Shown here: positions 7,330 to 19,684 of the stretch, in pieces
Layout of the letters: every line of letters starts with the position of its first letter
Numbering within the stretch: position 1 is the first letter of the stretch
NCBI RefSeq assembly: GCF_009914755.1
Contig: NC_060946.1
DNA length: 64,000 nucleotides
Source of the DNA: the human T2T-CHM13v2.0 reference genome, Homo sapiens
Direction: 5' to 3' (one strand)
Program-made: the position numbers and the translations under genes
The notes under the pieces: model-generated
What the model was told of the DNA's origin: nothing
Database searches by the model: none
The model's input: the letters and a program-made list of their open reading frames with translations, nothing else

Positions 7330-10245
7330 TCTAATTAAGATTCCAGTTATGCTCATCTGTTTTAAAATTCCGTTTGGGTAAATTCTTTTAGTCAGACTGA
7401 GAATGGCAAAGCCTCAACCCCAATTTCCAGGGAGGGTGGAGAGCCTCAGGTGGAGTTGATCACCAATAGCCTATGGTTTAACCCATCATGCCTATAGAAT
7501 GAGGTCTCCATCAAAACCCAAAAGGACTGGGTTCAGAGAGCTTCTGGATAACACTTCCTGGAAGGTAGTGCACCCCTCCCCGCATGCCGGGCCCCACATT
7601 TATTTCTGAACTTTGTGCAATGTCCGCTAAAATACAACGGCAAATGTAAGTGTTTCCCTGCGTGCTGTGAGCTCTTCCAGCAAATGAATGCAACTAAATC
7701 TGGGAGTGGTGGCAACCTGATTTATAGCCAGTTGCTGAGAAGCACAGGTAAAACAACGTAGGGCTTCCCATTGTTATTGGTGTGGGAGGCCTGTCTGGCG
7801 GGACTCGGCCCTTTGGAATCTAATGCTATGTCCCGGTAGATAGCGTCACCATTGAATTAGAAGACACACATATGTGGAGAATAATCTTTCTGGTCATTTA
7901 CTGCATGTCATATTTACAATATGTAATCAAATTCTTTATCCTGACCTTATGGCACCTGGGTTTAGGACCATGATTTGAACCAAACGTTGGTCTGTCACTT
8001 TCTGAGTTTGAAACTTTATTTTGCCTTTAGCGTTTTGCTATTGCTTTTTCGTTTTCTTTTGTTTCGTTTCGTTTCTAAGTTCTGGGGTATATGTGCAGGA
8101 TGTGCAGATTTGTTACTAAGGTAAACGTGTGCCATGGTGGTTTGCTGCACCTGTCAACCCGTCACCTAGGTATTAAGCCCAGCATGCAGTAGCTGTTTTT
8201 CTTAACGCTCTGCCTCCCGAAAGGCCCCAGTGTGTGTTGTTCCCCTTCCTGTGTCCATGGGATCTCACTTTTCAGCTCCCATTATAAGTGAGAAGGTGGC
8301 GTTTGGTTTTCTTTCCCTGGATTAGTTTGCTGACGATAATGACCACACATCACCACTGTTTTTGTTTTTTAGTATAAAGAGTAGTATTTTATTGAATAAG
8401 ATTTGCTCACAGAAAAATAAGCTTAAATCTACAATGAATGCCAGACCCTACAGCAGAAAGCAATTTTCTCACTTTTCCACACACAATGGTTCCTACTAAG
8501 TGAAAAAAAAGCCATAAAATTTCATTCACAAATGTACTACTCTGTCTCAAAACATCTCACGTAATCATGCACTGTACTAAAGCCATCAGATCAGTTCTTC
8601 AGTCAGGTTAAAGAAGTATCCCTCTAATAACTGACTTTTATAATGCTATCAATATCCACTCCCAATCAGTCTGCCATTGTTAATGGTGTACAGCATTACT
8701 GAATACAACGGAATTGATGACGCCCATATCCACAGACAAACCGTGACTTATGATGGTTTGACTTATGATTTTTCAACGTTATGATGGGTTTATTGGAATA
8801 TTAGATTCGTTTCTGAGTTACACTGGGTTTATGAGTATGCGACCCTACACTCCAGAAACAGCTGTATAAGGAAAAACAGGAGTACCTAATAAAAATATGC
8901 TTAGTGACTTGGGATAAACCAATAGATGTTCACAAGTGATGGAGAGTCGTGAAAGAGAGATAGCGGTAAATAGTTACAATAACACAATTTTCCTGCACCT
9001 GTCGAGGATTTCCCCCAAAAAACGCAGAATGTGGGATGCACCTAAGGCATATGAAAGAGAGAGGGCAGAAGGAGTAAGAGAGAAATAGGAGGAAGGAAGG
9101 AAGGAAGCAAGCAAGGAAGAAAGGAAGGAAGGAAAGAAGGAAGGAAGGACGGAAGGAAGGAAGGAAGGAAGGAAGGAAGGAAGGAAGGAAGGAAAGAAGG
9201 ATGAAAGGAAGGAGAAAACACCGGTGTTACTAAAACCCCCCAAAAAATGGTTTCCCCCTGTGGGTAAGCCTACAATGTGGATGAATCTTGAAAATATTGT
9301 GCTACGTGTTATGTCAGTCATAGCAGCTCACCTATTGTGCAATTCCGTTTATAGGAAATGTCCACAATATGGAAATCTATGCCTATGGGATTGATCGCAC
9401 TAGGTAGTTGCTACCTAGGGCTGAGGGTCAGGGAGAGGGTTTGAGACAGAATGAGGAGTGACTAATGTCTACAGGGTCTTTCTCTGGTCGGGGGTGATAA
9501 GACGTTTTACAATGGATTGCGAATTAAAATTGAATGTGCACAACCACAGGTATACTAAAAGCCACTCAATTCATGACCTTTAATGGGGGAATCTTACGTG
9601 GCGTAGTCTCATGGAGACCACGGCAGACATAGTGAGAGAGAAAAAGGTGAGTAAATATCTGAAACGGAGGCAGAAACAGAGAGAATGAAAAGCCCTGTGA
9701 ATGGAAGGGAGAGCGAAAAGGGAAAATGGTCCTATTTACAAATGACAGATGTGAAACTGGGGTTCACATCAACAGTGTCACTGCCAGGAAGGAGGGTCAT
9801 GCTAGCCATGTCACCGGTAGTGTGGCCCGCAGGGACGCTGACCTGCTGGAGCGTCGTGCCAGCATGGGCTGTGGCAACCACGTGGGCCAGCAGGAGGTTC
9901 CCGCTGCACAGCTGTGGGGTGAGGATAGACTGGGTGGTGATATCGGCCATTACAGGGGCCCTCTTCTGCTGGCAAGAGTGTGACAGTAGCAAGTAGATGG
10001 ACAGGCCTGCGTGTGAGGACGGAATGCAGGAGGGGTTCTTGTGCGCCTGGGTGTGGGGCCCTCACGGGAACCGTGGAGAAATGGCCAGGTAACTGCGTCA
10101 TGTGGGCTAGTAGATTGGCCAGGGCTTCGAACTGAAGGACGATAACGGGGAGTAGCTGTCAGGCCCTGGGAGTGCCTGAGTGTAAGTGGAGATGGGTTTG
10201 GGGTCACTGAGGGATGCGTGGGAGCCATCCCTGTATAGGTACAGG

Positions 10246-13083
10246 TCATAGGGAGATAGTCTCGTGAGGCCTGTGAGTGTCTAGGGTTGTCCTGGGTGCC
10301 TGGGGCTGACTGTGGCAGAAATCTGGGGAAGGCTGGAGAGAAGCTGGGAGACCCAGGAGAGTCCCTGAAGGCAGGGGTGAAGAGGTGAAAGAAATGGGGG
10401 AGGGTTGCAGTAAGGTCCGTGAGTTTGTAGGTGATTCCTGGGTGCGGGAAGCTGACTCCAGGTGAAATCTGGAGATGGTTGGAGAGTAGCTGAGAGAGAC
10501 AGAAGAGTCCCTGAGGGCTGGGGGTGAGAACATGAGGGAGACGGGGGAGTAAGTCAGTGAAATTCGTGAGTTCGGTGGTGTATCGTGGGTGCCTGGAACT
10601 GACTCCAGCTGGAATCTAGAGAAGTTTTGAGAGTAGCTGAAGGAGACACAAGAGTCCCTGTGGGCTGAGGGCAAAGACCTGAGACAGACCAGGGAGGACC
10701 TCAGTGAAGTCTGTGAGTCTGTAGGTGATTCCGGAGTGTGGGAGGCTGACTCCCGCTGAAATCTGGGCGTGGTGGGAGAGTAGCTGGGACAGACAGGAGA
10801 GTCCCAGGGGGCTGGGGGTGACGACGTGAGAGAGACTGGGGAGTAACTCAGTGAAATTGCTGAGTTGGTTGGTGATACCTGGGTGCCTGGAACTGACCCC
10901 CGCTGAAATCTGGGCATGGTTGGAGAGTAGCTGGGACACACAGGAGAGTCCCTGAGGGCTGGGGGTGAAGACATGAGCGAGACCGGGGAGTAACTGAGTG
11001 AAACTGGTGAGTTTGGTGGTGACTCCGGGGTGCCTGGAACTGACTCCAGCTGAAATGTGGGCGTGGTTGGAGAGTAGCTGGGACAGACAGGAGAGTCCCT
11101 GAGGACTGGTGAAGACATGAGAGAGACTGGAGAGTAATTGAGTGAAATTGGTGAGTTTGGTGGTGATTCCTGGGTGCCTGGAACTGACTCCCGCTGAAGT
11201 GTGGGCGTGGTTGGAGAGTAGCTGGGACACACAGGAGAGTCCCTGAGGGTTGGAGATAAAGACGTGCTAGAGACTGAGGAGTAACTGAGTGAAATTGGTG
11301 AGTTTGGTGGTGATTCCGGGGTGCCTGGAACGGACTCCTGCTGAAATGTGGGCGTGGTTGGAGAGTAGCTGGGACAGACGGGAGAGTCCCTGAGGGATGG
11401 TGAAGACATGAGAGAGACTGGGGAGTAACGCAGTGAAATTGGTGAGTTTGGTGGTGATTTCTGGGTGCCTGCAACGGACTCCCGCTGAAGTGTGGGCGTG
11501 CTTGGAGAGTAGCTGGGACAGACAGGCGAGTCCCTGAGGGTTGGAGATAAAGACGTGCTAGAGACTGAGGAGTAACTGAGTGAAATTGGTGAGTTTGGTG
11601 GTGATTCCGGGGTGCCTGGAACGGACTCCAGCTGAAATGTGGGCGTGGTTGGAGAGTAGCTGGGACAGACGGGAGAGTCCCTGAGGGATGGTGAAGACAT
11701 GAGAGAGACTGGGGAGTAACGCAGTGAAATTGGTGAGTTTGGTGGTGATTTCTGGGTGCCTGCAACGGACTCCCGCTGAAGTGTGGGCGTGCTTGGAGAG
11801 TAGCTGGGACAGACAGGCGAGTCCCTGAGGGTTGGAGATAAAGACGTGCTGGAGACTGGGGAGTAACTCAGTGAAAGTGGTGGGGTTGGTGGTGATCCCA
11901 GGGTTCCTGGAACTGACCCGCGCTGAAATGTGGGCGTGGTTGGAGAGTAGCTGGGACAGACTGGAGGGTCCGTAAGGGCTGGGGGTGAAGACGTGAGAGA
12001 GACTGGCGAGGATCTCACTGAGGTCTGTGAGTTTGTAGGTGTTTCTGGGGTGTGGGGTACAGACTCCCGCTGAAATCTGGGCGTAGTTGGAGAGTAGCTG
12101 GGACAGACAGGAGAGTCATGGGTGGCTGGGGGTGAGCTGCTGGATGATGGCAGTAAGAACATATGGTACATTATTGATGAATGAGGTGACTGTGAAGAAT
12201 CTCCAGAGGAGGACACGGGAGAACACAATGACATGAGTGACTGTCCTGCTTGGTTAGGAAAGGGAAACGTAAAGTTGTGGAATTCTGTTGATGATGGATG
12301 TGAGAGTGGTGAAGCCCTGCGGGATGATGTAGAGGACTTCCACATCCCTGGTGAGGAGCTGCCCCTTGGGTCTGAGTTTCTGGGAAGGGAGAGGGAGAAG
12401 CTGGGTGAGGCAGGCATGAATCTTGAGGAGTCAGGGCTGGGGGACCGCTCATATTCTCCCGAGACCTGTGAGTCTCTGGGGGACTCCTGGGTGCATGGGG
12501 CTGACTCCCGCAGGAACCTGGGGATGGCTGGAGAGTAACTGGGAGCCACAGGAGGGTCCCTGAGGCCTGGGGGTGAAGAGATGCAAGACACAGGGGTGGA
12601 GCAGCGTGAGGCTCGTGAGTTTGTAGGTGATTCCTGGGTGTGGGGGGCTGACTCCAGCTGAAATCTGGGGTTGTTTGGAGAGTAGCTGGGAGACACAGGA
12701 GAACCCCCGAGAGCTGGGGGTGAGCTGCTGGGTGATGGCAGTAAGAACATGTGGTATATTATTGATGAACGTGGGGACTCTGAGGAGTCCTCAGAGGAGG
12801 ACACGGCAGAGCCCAATGGCTTCATTGATTGCCCATCACGGTGAGGACAGGGAAATGGGAGCTTGTGGGATTCTGGTGATGACAGAGGTGAGTGTGGTGA
12901 AGCCCTAGGGGATGGTGAATGGTAGTTCCGGATCCCTGGTGAGGAGCTTCCCCTTAAGCCGGAGTTTCTGAGAGGGGAGAGGGAGAAGCTGGGTGAGGCT
13001 CGCATGGACCTTGGGGTGTCCGTGCTGGGGGACCGTTCATAAGAAGAGCCAGACAAGACCCTACTGTTCTTAGGTGCAGACAT
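10246..13083 (-). CDS. Same protein, 945-aa allele (copy 2)
   Basis: ORF track; near-identical to copy 1; G4 allele. Confidence 0.65.
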   Translation of the reverse strand: MSAPKNSRVLSGSSYERSPSTDTPRSMRASPSFSLSPLRNSGLRGSSSPGIRNYHSPSPRASPHSPLSSPESHKLPFPCPHRDGQSMKPLGSAVSSSEDSSESPRSSIIYHMFLLPSPSSSPPALGGSPVSPSYSPNNPRFQLESAPHTQESPTNSRASRCSTPVSCISSPPGLRDPPVAPSYSPAIPRFLRESAPCTQESPRDSQVSGEYERSPSPDSSRFMPASPSFSLSLPRNSDPRGSSSPGMWKSSTSSRRASPLSHPSSTEFHNFTFPFPNQAGQSLMSLCSPVSSSGDSSQSPHSSIMYHMFLLPSSSSSPPATHDSPVCPSYSPTTPRFQRESVPHTPETPTNSQTSVRSSPVSLTSSPPALTDPPVCPSYSPTTPTFQRGSVPGTLGSPPTPPLSLSYSPVSSTSLSPTLRDSPVCPSYSPSTPTLQRESVAGTQKSPPNSPISLRYSPVSLMSSPSLRDSPVCPSYSPTTPTFQLESVPGTPESPPNSPISLSYSSVSSTSLSPTLRDSPVCPSYSPSTPTLQRESVAGTQKSPPNSPISLRYSPVSLMSSPSLRDSPVCPSYSPTTPTFQQESVPGTPESPPNSPISLSYSSVSSTSLSPTLRDSPVCPSYSPTTPTLQRESVPGTQESPPNSPISLNYSPVSLMSSPVLRDSPVCPSYSPTTPTFQLESVPGTPESPPNSPVSLSYSPVSLMSSPPALRDSPVCPSYSPTMPRFQRGSVPGTQVSPTNSAISLSYSPVSLTSSPPAPWDSPVCPSYSPTTPRFQRESASHTPESPTDSQTSLRSSLVCLRSLPSAHRDSCVSFSYSQNFSRFQLESVPGTHDTPPNSRISLTYSPVSLMFSPPALRDSSVSLSYSPTISRFHLESASRTQESPTNSRTLLQPSPISFTSSPLPSGTLLGLPASLQPSPDFCHSQPQAPRTTLDTHRPHETISL

Positions 13084-16000
13084 GATTAGGAAACCTGCAG
13101 CTCCCAGGGGCCCCCACTAATGTTCTAACTCGCAGAAGGAAGGAGTGTGTGTGCGTGTGTGCGTGTGCGTGTGTGTGTGTGTGTGTTTGTGTGTGTGCGG
13201 TGTGAGGTATGGGCCCCTTAAGGAAATGGAAATCAACCAACCAATGGGACAGACAGACAGACAGACAGACAGAGATTCACTTGCCCAAGTGTTCTGTCCT
13301 GTCCTCTGAATCCGCTTTCAAGTCGCAAGACGCTGTGAGCTCCAAGTCCACGCAGAGTCCGCCAAACGCTCCGGCCGCTGATCCGCTCCGCGAAGATCTG
13401 AGTACAGGCCAGCCAGGGTGGGTTTAAATAGCCTCGGGCGCAGCCTAGCAGCGGAAAGGGCGGAGCTTCACTCCTCCTTTCCATCAGTCACCCCCAACTT
13501 TCCCAGGCTACACCTCGTAGGAAACTGTTCTCCTGCTTTGATTTCATGCGCCACCTTTGGGACAATCTAAGAACTTACAGGTTTTCTTGGCCAGATTTAT
13601 TAGGAATTGTATGCACTGAAACACTGAAAACCAACTAGTGGTTCTGTGCTTCCCACGTTGTGGTTTTGACACCAGCAGCATCCTTGCCACAATCAAACCC
13701 CGGAGATCCGCAGATCTGTGTTGTAACAAGACCTCCCCCTGACCCTGATGCATGGCAGTTGAAGAAGTCTTTCCGTGTAAGCGAAAAGACTTTGAAGAAA
13801 AGGTGGAGATATGCGTAGTATAAACATTCTTTGGCTCTGGAACCACGTAGAGACTTGGGAGCCAGTTGGGTGGAGCATTCGTTGGATGAGGGTGCTCGGG
13901 TTAGGAATATCAAGGTGTTTCTCCAGATAATCCAATCATCTAATTAAGATTCCAGTTATGCTCATCTGTTTTAAAATTCCGTTTGGGTAAATTCTTTTAG
14001 TCAGACTGAGAATGGCAAAGCCTCAACCCCAATTTCCAGGGAGGGTGGAGAGCCTCAGGTGGAGTTGATCACCAATAGCCTATGGTTTAACCCATCATGC
14101 CTATAGAATGAGGTCTCCATCAAAACCCAAAAGGACTGGGTTCAGAGAGCTTCTGGATAACACTTCCTGGAAGGTAGTGCACCCCTCCCCGCATGCCGGG
14201 CCCCACATTTATTTCTGAACTTTGTGCAATGTCCGCTAAAATACAACGGCAAATGTAAGTGTTTCCCTGCGTGCTGTGAGCTCTTCCAGCAAATGAATGC
14301 AACTAAATCTGGGAGTGGTGGCAACCTGATTTATAGCCAGTTGCTGAGAAGCACAGGTAAAACAACGTAGGGCTTCCCATTGTTATTGGTGTGGGAGGCC
14401 TGTCTGGCGGGACTCGGCCCTTTGGAATCTAATGCTATGTCCCGGTAGATAGCGTCACCATTGAATTAGAAGACACACATATGTGGAGAATAATCTTTCT
14501 GGTCATTTACTGCATGTCATATTTACAATATGTAATCAAATTCTTTATCCTGACCTTATGGCACCTGGGTTTAGGACCATGATTTGAACCAAACGTTGGT
14601 CTGTCACTTTCTGAGTTTGAAACTTTATTTTGCCTTTAGCGTTTTGCTATTGCTTTTTCGTTTTCTTTTGTTTCGTTTCGTTTCTAAGTTCTGGGGTATA
14701 TGTGCAGGATGTGCAGATTTGTTACTAAGGTAAACGTGTGCCATGGTGGTTTGCTGCACCTGTCAACCCGTCACCTAGGTATTAAGCCCAGCATGCAGTA
14801 GCTGTTTTTCTTAACGCTCTGCCTCCCGAAAGGCCCCAGTGTGTGTTGTTCCCCTTCCTGTGTCCATGGGATCTCACTTTTCAGCTCCCATTATAAGTGA
14901 GAAGGTGGCGTTTGGTTTTCTTTCCCTGGATTAGTTTGCTGACGATAATGACCACACATCACCACTGTTTTTGTTTTTTAGTATAAAGAGTAGTATTTTA
15001 TTGAATAAGATTTGCTCACAGAAAAATAAGCTTAAATCTACAATGAATGCCAGACCCTACAGCAGAAAGCAATTTTCTCACTTTTCCACACACAATGGTT
15101 CCTACTAAGTGAAAAAAAAGCCATAAAATTTCATTCACAAATGTACTACTCTGTCTCAAAACATCTCACGTAATCATGCACTGTACTAAAGCCATCAGAT
15201 CAGTTCTTCAGTCAGGTTAAAGAAGTATCCCTCTAATAACTGACTTTTATAATGCTATCAATATCCACTCCCAATCAGTCTGCCATTGTTAATGGTGTAC
15301 AGCATTACTGAATACAACGGAATTGATGACGCCCATATCCACAGACAAACCGTGACTTATGATGGTTTGACTTATGATTTTTCAACGTTATGATGGGTTT
15401 ATTGGAATATTAGATTCGTTTCTGAGTTACACTGGGTTTATGAGTATGCGACCCTACACTCCAGAAACAGCTGTATAAGGAAAAACAGGAGTACCTAATA
15501 AAAATATGCTTAGTGACTTGGGATAAACCAATAGATGTTCACAAGTGATGGAGAGTCGTGAAAGAGAGATAGCGGTAAATAGTTACAATAACACAATTTT
15601 CCTGCACCTGTCGAGGATTTCCCCCAAAAAACGCAGAATGTGGGATGCACCTAAGGCATATGAAAGAGAGAGGGCAGAAGGAGTAAGAGAGAAATAGGAG
15701 GAAGGAAGGAAGGAAGCAAGCAAGGAAGAAAGGAAGGAAGGAAAGAAGGAAGGAAGGACGGAAGGAAGGAAGGAAGGAAGGAAGGAAGGAAGGAAAGAAG
15801 GATGAAAGGAAGGAGAAAACACCGGTGTTACTAAAACCCCCCAAAAAATGGTTTCCCCCTGTGGGTAAGCCTACAATGTGGATGAATCTTGAAAATATTG
15901 TGCTACGTGTTATGTCAGTCATAGCAGCTCACCTATTGTGCAATTCCGTTTATAGGAAATGTCCACAATATGGAAATCTATGCATATGGGATTGATCGCA

Positions 16001-16846
16001 CTAGGTAGTTGCTACCTAGGGCTGAGGGTCAGGGAGAGGGTTTGAGACAGAATGAGGAGTGACTAATGTCTACAGGGTCTTTCTCTGGTCGGGGGTGATA
16101 AGACGTTTTACAATGGATTGCGAATTAAAATTGAATGTGCACAACCACAGGTATACTAAAAGCCACTCAATTCATGACCTTTAATGGGGGAATCTTACGT
16201 GGCGTAGTCTCATGGAGACCACGGCAGACATAGTGAGAGAGAAAAAGGTGAGTAAATATCTGAAACGGAGGCAGAAACAGAGAGAATGAAAAGCCCTGTG
16301 AATGGAAGGGAGAGCGAAAAGGGAAAATGGTCCTATTTACAAATGACAGATGTGAAACTGGGGTTCACATCAACAGTGTCACTGCCAGGAAGGAGGGTCA
16401 TGCTAGCCATGTCACCGGTAGTGTGGCCCGCAGGGACGCTGACCTGCTGGAGCGTCGTGCCAGCATGGGCTGTGGCAACCACGTGGGCCAGCAGGAGGTT
16501 CCCGCTGCACAGCTGTGGGGTGAGGATAGACTGGGTGGTGATATCGGCCATTACAGGGGCCCTCTTCTGCTGGCAAGAGTGTGACAGTAGCAAGTAGATG
16601 GACAGGCCTGCGTGTGAGGACGGAATGCAGGAGGGGTTCTTGTGCGCCTGGGTGTGGGGCCCTCACGGGAACCGTGGAGAAATGGCCAGGTAACTGCGTC
16701 ATGTGGGCTAGTAGATTGGCCAGGGCTTCGAACTGAAGGACGATAACGGGGAGTAGCTGTCAGGCCCTGGGAGTGCCTGAGTGTAAGTGGAGATGGGTTT
16801 GGGGTCACTGAGGGATGCGTGGGAGCCATCCCTGTATAGGTACAGG

Positions 16847-19684
16847 TCATAGGGAGATAGTCTCGTGAGGCCTGTGAGTGTCTAGGGTTGTCCTGGGTGC
16901 CTGGGGCTGACTGTGGCAGAAATCTGGGGAAGGCTGGAGAGAAGCTGGGAGACCCAGGAGAGTCCCTGAAGGCAGGGGTGAAGAGGTGAAAGAAATGGGG
17001 GAGGGTTGCAGTAAGGTCCGTGAGTTTGTAGGTGATTCCTGGGTGCGGGAAGCTGACTCCAGGTGAAATCTGGAGATGGTTGGAGAGTAGCTGAGAGAGA
17101 CAGAAGAGTCCCTGAGGGCTGGGGGTGAGAACATGAGGGAGACGGGGGAGTAAGTCAGTGAAATTCGTGAGTTCGGTGGTGTATCGTGGGTGCCTGGAAC
17201 TGACTCCAGCTGGAATCTAGAGAAGTTTTGAGAGTAGCTGAAGGAGACACAAGAGTCCCTGTGGGCTGAGGGCAAAGACCTGAGACAGACCAGGGAGGAC
17301 CTCAGTGAAGTCTGTGAGTCTGTAGGTGATTCCGGAGTGTGGGAGGCTGACTCCCGCTGAAATCTGGGCGTGGTGGGAGAGTAGGTGGGACAGACAGGAG
17401 AGTCCCAGGGGGCTGGGGGTGACGACGTGAGAGAGACTGGGGAGTAACTCAGTGAAATTGCTGAGTTGGTTGGTGATACCTGGGTGCCTGGAACTGACCC
17501 CCGCTGAAATCTGGGCATGGTTGGAGAGTAGCTGGGACACACAGGAGAGTCCCTGAGGGCTGGGGGTGAAGACATGAGCGAGACCGGGGAGTAACTGAGT
17601 GAAACTGGTGAGTTTGGTGGTGACTCCGGGGTGCCTGGAACTGACTCCAGCTGAAATGTGGGCGTGGTTGGAGAGTAGCTGGGACAGACAGGAGAGTCCC
17701 TGAGGACTGGTGAAGACATGAGAGAGACTGGAGAGTAATTGAGTGAAATTGGTGAGTTTGGTGGTGATTCCTGGGTGCCTGGAACTGACTCCCGCTGAAG
17801 TGTGGGCGTGGTTGGAGAGTAGCTGGGACACACAGGAGAGTCCCTGAGGGTTGGAGATAAAGACGTGCTAGAGACTGAGGAGTAACTGAGTGAAATTGGT
17901 GAGTTTGGTGGTGATTCCGGGGTGCCTGGAACGGACTCCTGCTGAAATGTGGGCGTGGTTGGAGAGTAGCTGGGACAGACGGGAGAGTCCCTGAGGGATG
18001 GTGAAGACATGAGAGAGACTGGGGAGTAACGCAGTGAAATTGGTGAGTTTGGTGGTGATTTCTGGGTGCCTGCAACGGACTCCCGCTGAAGTGTGGGCGT
18101 GCTTGGAGAGTAGCTGGGACAGACAGGCGAGTCCCTGAGGGTTGGAGATAAAGACGTGCTAGAGACTGAGGAGTAACTGAGTGAAATTGGTGAGTTTGGT
18201 GGTGATTCCGGGGTGCCTGGAACGGACTCCAGCTGAAATGTGGGCGTGGTTGGAGAGTAGCTGGGACAGACGGGAGAGTCCCTGAGGGATGGTGAAGACA
18301 TGAGAGAGACTGGGGAGTAACGCAGTGAAATTGGTGAGTTTGGTGGTGATTTCTGGGTGCCTGCAACGGACTCCCGCTGAAGTGTGGGCGTGCTTGGAGA
18401 GTAGCTGGGACAGACAGGCGAGTCCCTGAGGGTTGGAGATAAAGACGTGCTGGAGACTGGGGAGTAACTCAGTGAAAGTGGTGGGCTTGGTGGTGATCCC
18501 AGGGTTCCTGGAACTGACCCGCGCTGAAATGTGGGCGTGGTTGGAGAGTAGCTGGGACAGACTGGAGGGTCCGTAAGGGCTGGGGGTGAAGACGTGAGAG
18601 AGACTGGCGAGGATCTCACTGAGGTCTGTGAGTTTGTAGGTGTTTCTGGGGTGTGGGGTACAGACTCCCGCTGAAATCTGGGCGTAGTTGGAGAGTAGCT
18701 GGGACAGACAGGAGAGTCATGGGTGGCTGGGGGTGAGCTGCTGGATGATGGCAGTAAGAACATATGGTACATTATTGATGAATGAGGTGACTGTGAAGAA
18801 TCTCCAGAGGAGGACACGGGAGAACACAATGACATGAGTGACTGTCCTGCTTGGTTAGGAAAGGGAAACGTAAAGTTGTGGAATTCTGTTGATGATGGAT
18901 GTGAGAGTGGTGAAGCCCTGCGGGATGATGTAGAGGACTTCCACATCCCTGGTGAGGAGCTGCCCCTTGGGTCTGAGTTTCTGGGAGGGGAGAGGGAGAA
19001 GCTGGGTGAGGCAGGCATGAATCTTGAGGAGTCAGGGCTGGGGGACCGCTCATATTCTCCCGAGACCTGTGAGTCTCTGGGGGACTCCTGGGTGCATGGG
19101 GCTGACTCCCGCAGGAACCTGGGGATGGCTGGAGAGTAACTGGGAGCCACAGGAGGGTCCCTGAGGCCTGGGGGTGAAGAGATGCAAGACACAGGGGTGG
19201 AGCAGCGTGAGGCTCGTGAGTTTGTAGGTGATTCCTGGGTGTGGGGGGCTGACTCCAGCTGAAATCTGGGGTTGTTTGGAGAGTAGCTGGGAGACACAGG
19301 AGAACCCCCGAGAGCTGGGGGTGAGCTGCTGGGTGATGGCAGTAAGAACATGTGGTATATTATTGATGAACGTGGGGACTCTGAGGAGTCCTCAGAGGAG
19401 GACACGGCAGAGCCCAATGGCTTCATTGATTGCCCATCACGGTGAGGACAGGGAAATGGGAGCTTGTGGGATTCTGGTGATGACAGAGGTGAGTGTGGTG
19501 AAGCCCTAGGGGATGGTGAATGGTAGTTCCGGATCCCTGGTGAGGAGCTTCCCCTTAAGCCGGAGTTTCTGAGAGGGGAGAGGGAGAAGCTGGGTGAGGC
19601 TCGCATGGACCTTGGGGTGTCCGTGCTGGGGGACCGTTCATAAGAAGAGCCAGACAAGACCCTACTGTTCTTAGGTGCAGACAT
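16847..19684 (-). CDS. Same protein, 945-aa allele (copy 3)
   Basis: ORF track; G4 allele. Confidence 0.65.
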   Translation of the reverse strand: MSAPKNSRVLSGSSYERSPSTDTPRSMRASPSFSLSPLRNSGLRGSSSPGIRNYHSPSPRASPHSPLSSPESHKLPFPCPHRDGQSMKPLGSAVSSSEDSSESPRSSIIYHMFLLPSPSSSPPALGGSPVSPSYSPNNPRFQLESAPHTQESPTNSRASRCSTPVSCISSPPGLRDPPVAPSYSPAIPRFLRESAPCTQESPRDSQVSGEYERSPSPDSSRFMPASPSFSLSPPRNSDPRGSSSPGMWKSSTSSRRASPLSHPSSTEFHNFTFPFPNQAGQSLMSLCSPVSSSGDSSQSPHSSIMYHMFLLPSSSSSPPATHDSPVCPSYSPTTPRFQRESVPHTPETPTNSQTSVRSSPVSLTSSPPALTDPPVCPSYSPTTPTFQRGSVPGTLGSPPSPPLSLSYSPVSSTSLSPTLRDSPVCPSYSPSTPTLQRESVAGTQKSPPNSPISLRYSPVSLMSSPSLRDSPVCPSYSPTTPTFQLESVPGTPESPPNSPISLSYSSVSSTSLSPTLRDSPVCPSYSPSTPTLQRESVAGTQKSPPNSPISLRYSPVSLMSSPSLRDSPVCPSYSPTTPTFQQESVPGTPESPPNSPISLSYSSVSSTSLSPTLRDSPVCPSYSPTTPTLQRESVPGTQESPPNSPISLNYSPVSLMSSPVLRDSPVCPSYSPTTPTFQLESVPGTPESPPNSPVSLSYSPVSLMSSPPALRDSPVCPSYSPTMPRFQRGSVPGTQVSPTNSAISLSYSPVSLTSSPPAPWDSPVCPTYSPTTPRFQRESASHTPESPTDSQTSLRSSLVCLRSLPSAHRDSCVSFSYSQNFSRFQLESVPGTHDTPPNSRISLTYSPVSLMFSPPALRDSSVSLSYSPTISRFHLESASRTQESPTNSRTLLQPSPISFTSSPLPSGTLLGLPASLQPSPDFCHSQPQAPRTTLDTHRPHETISL

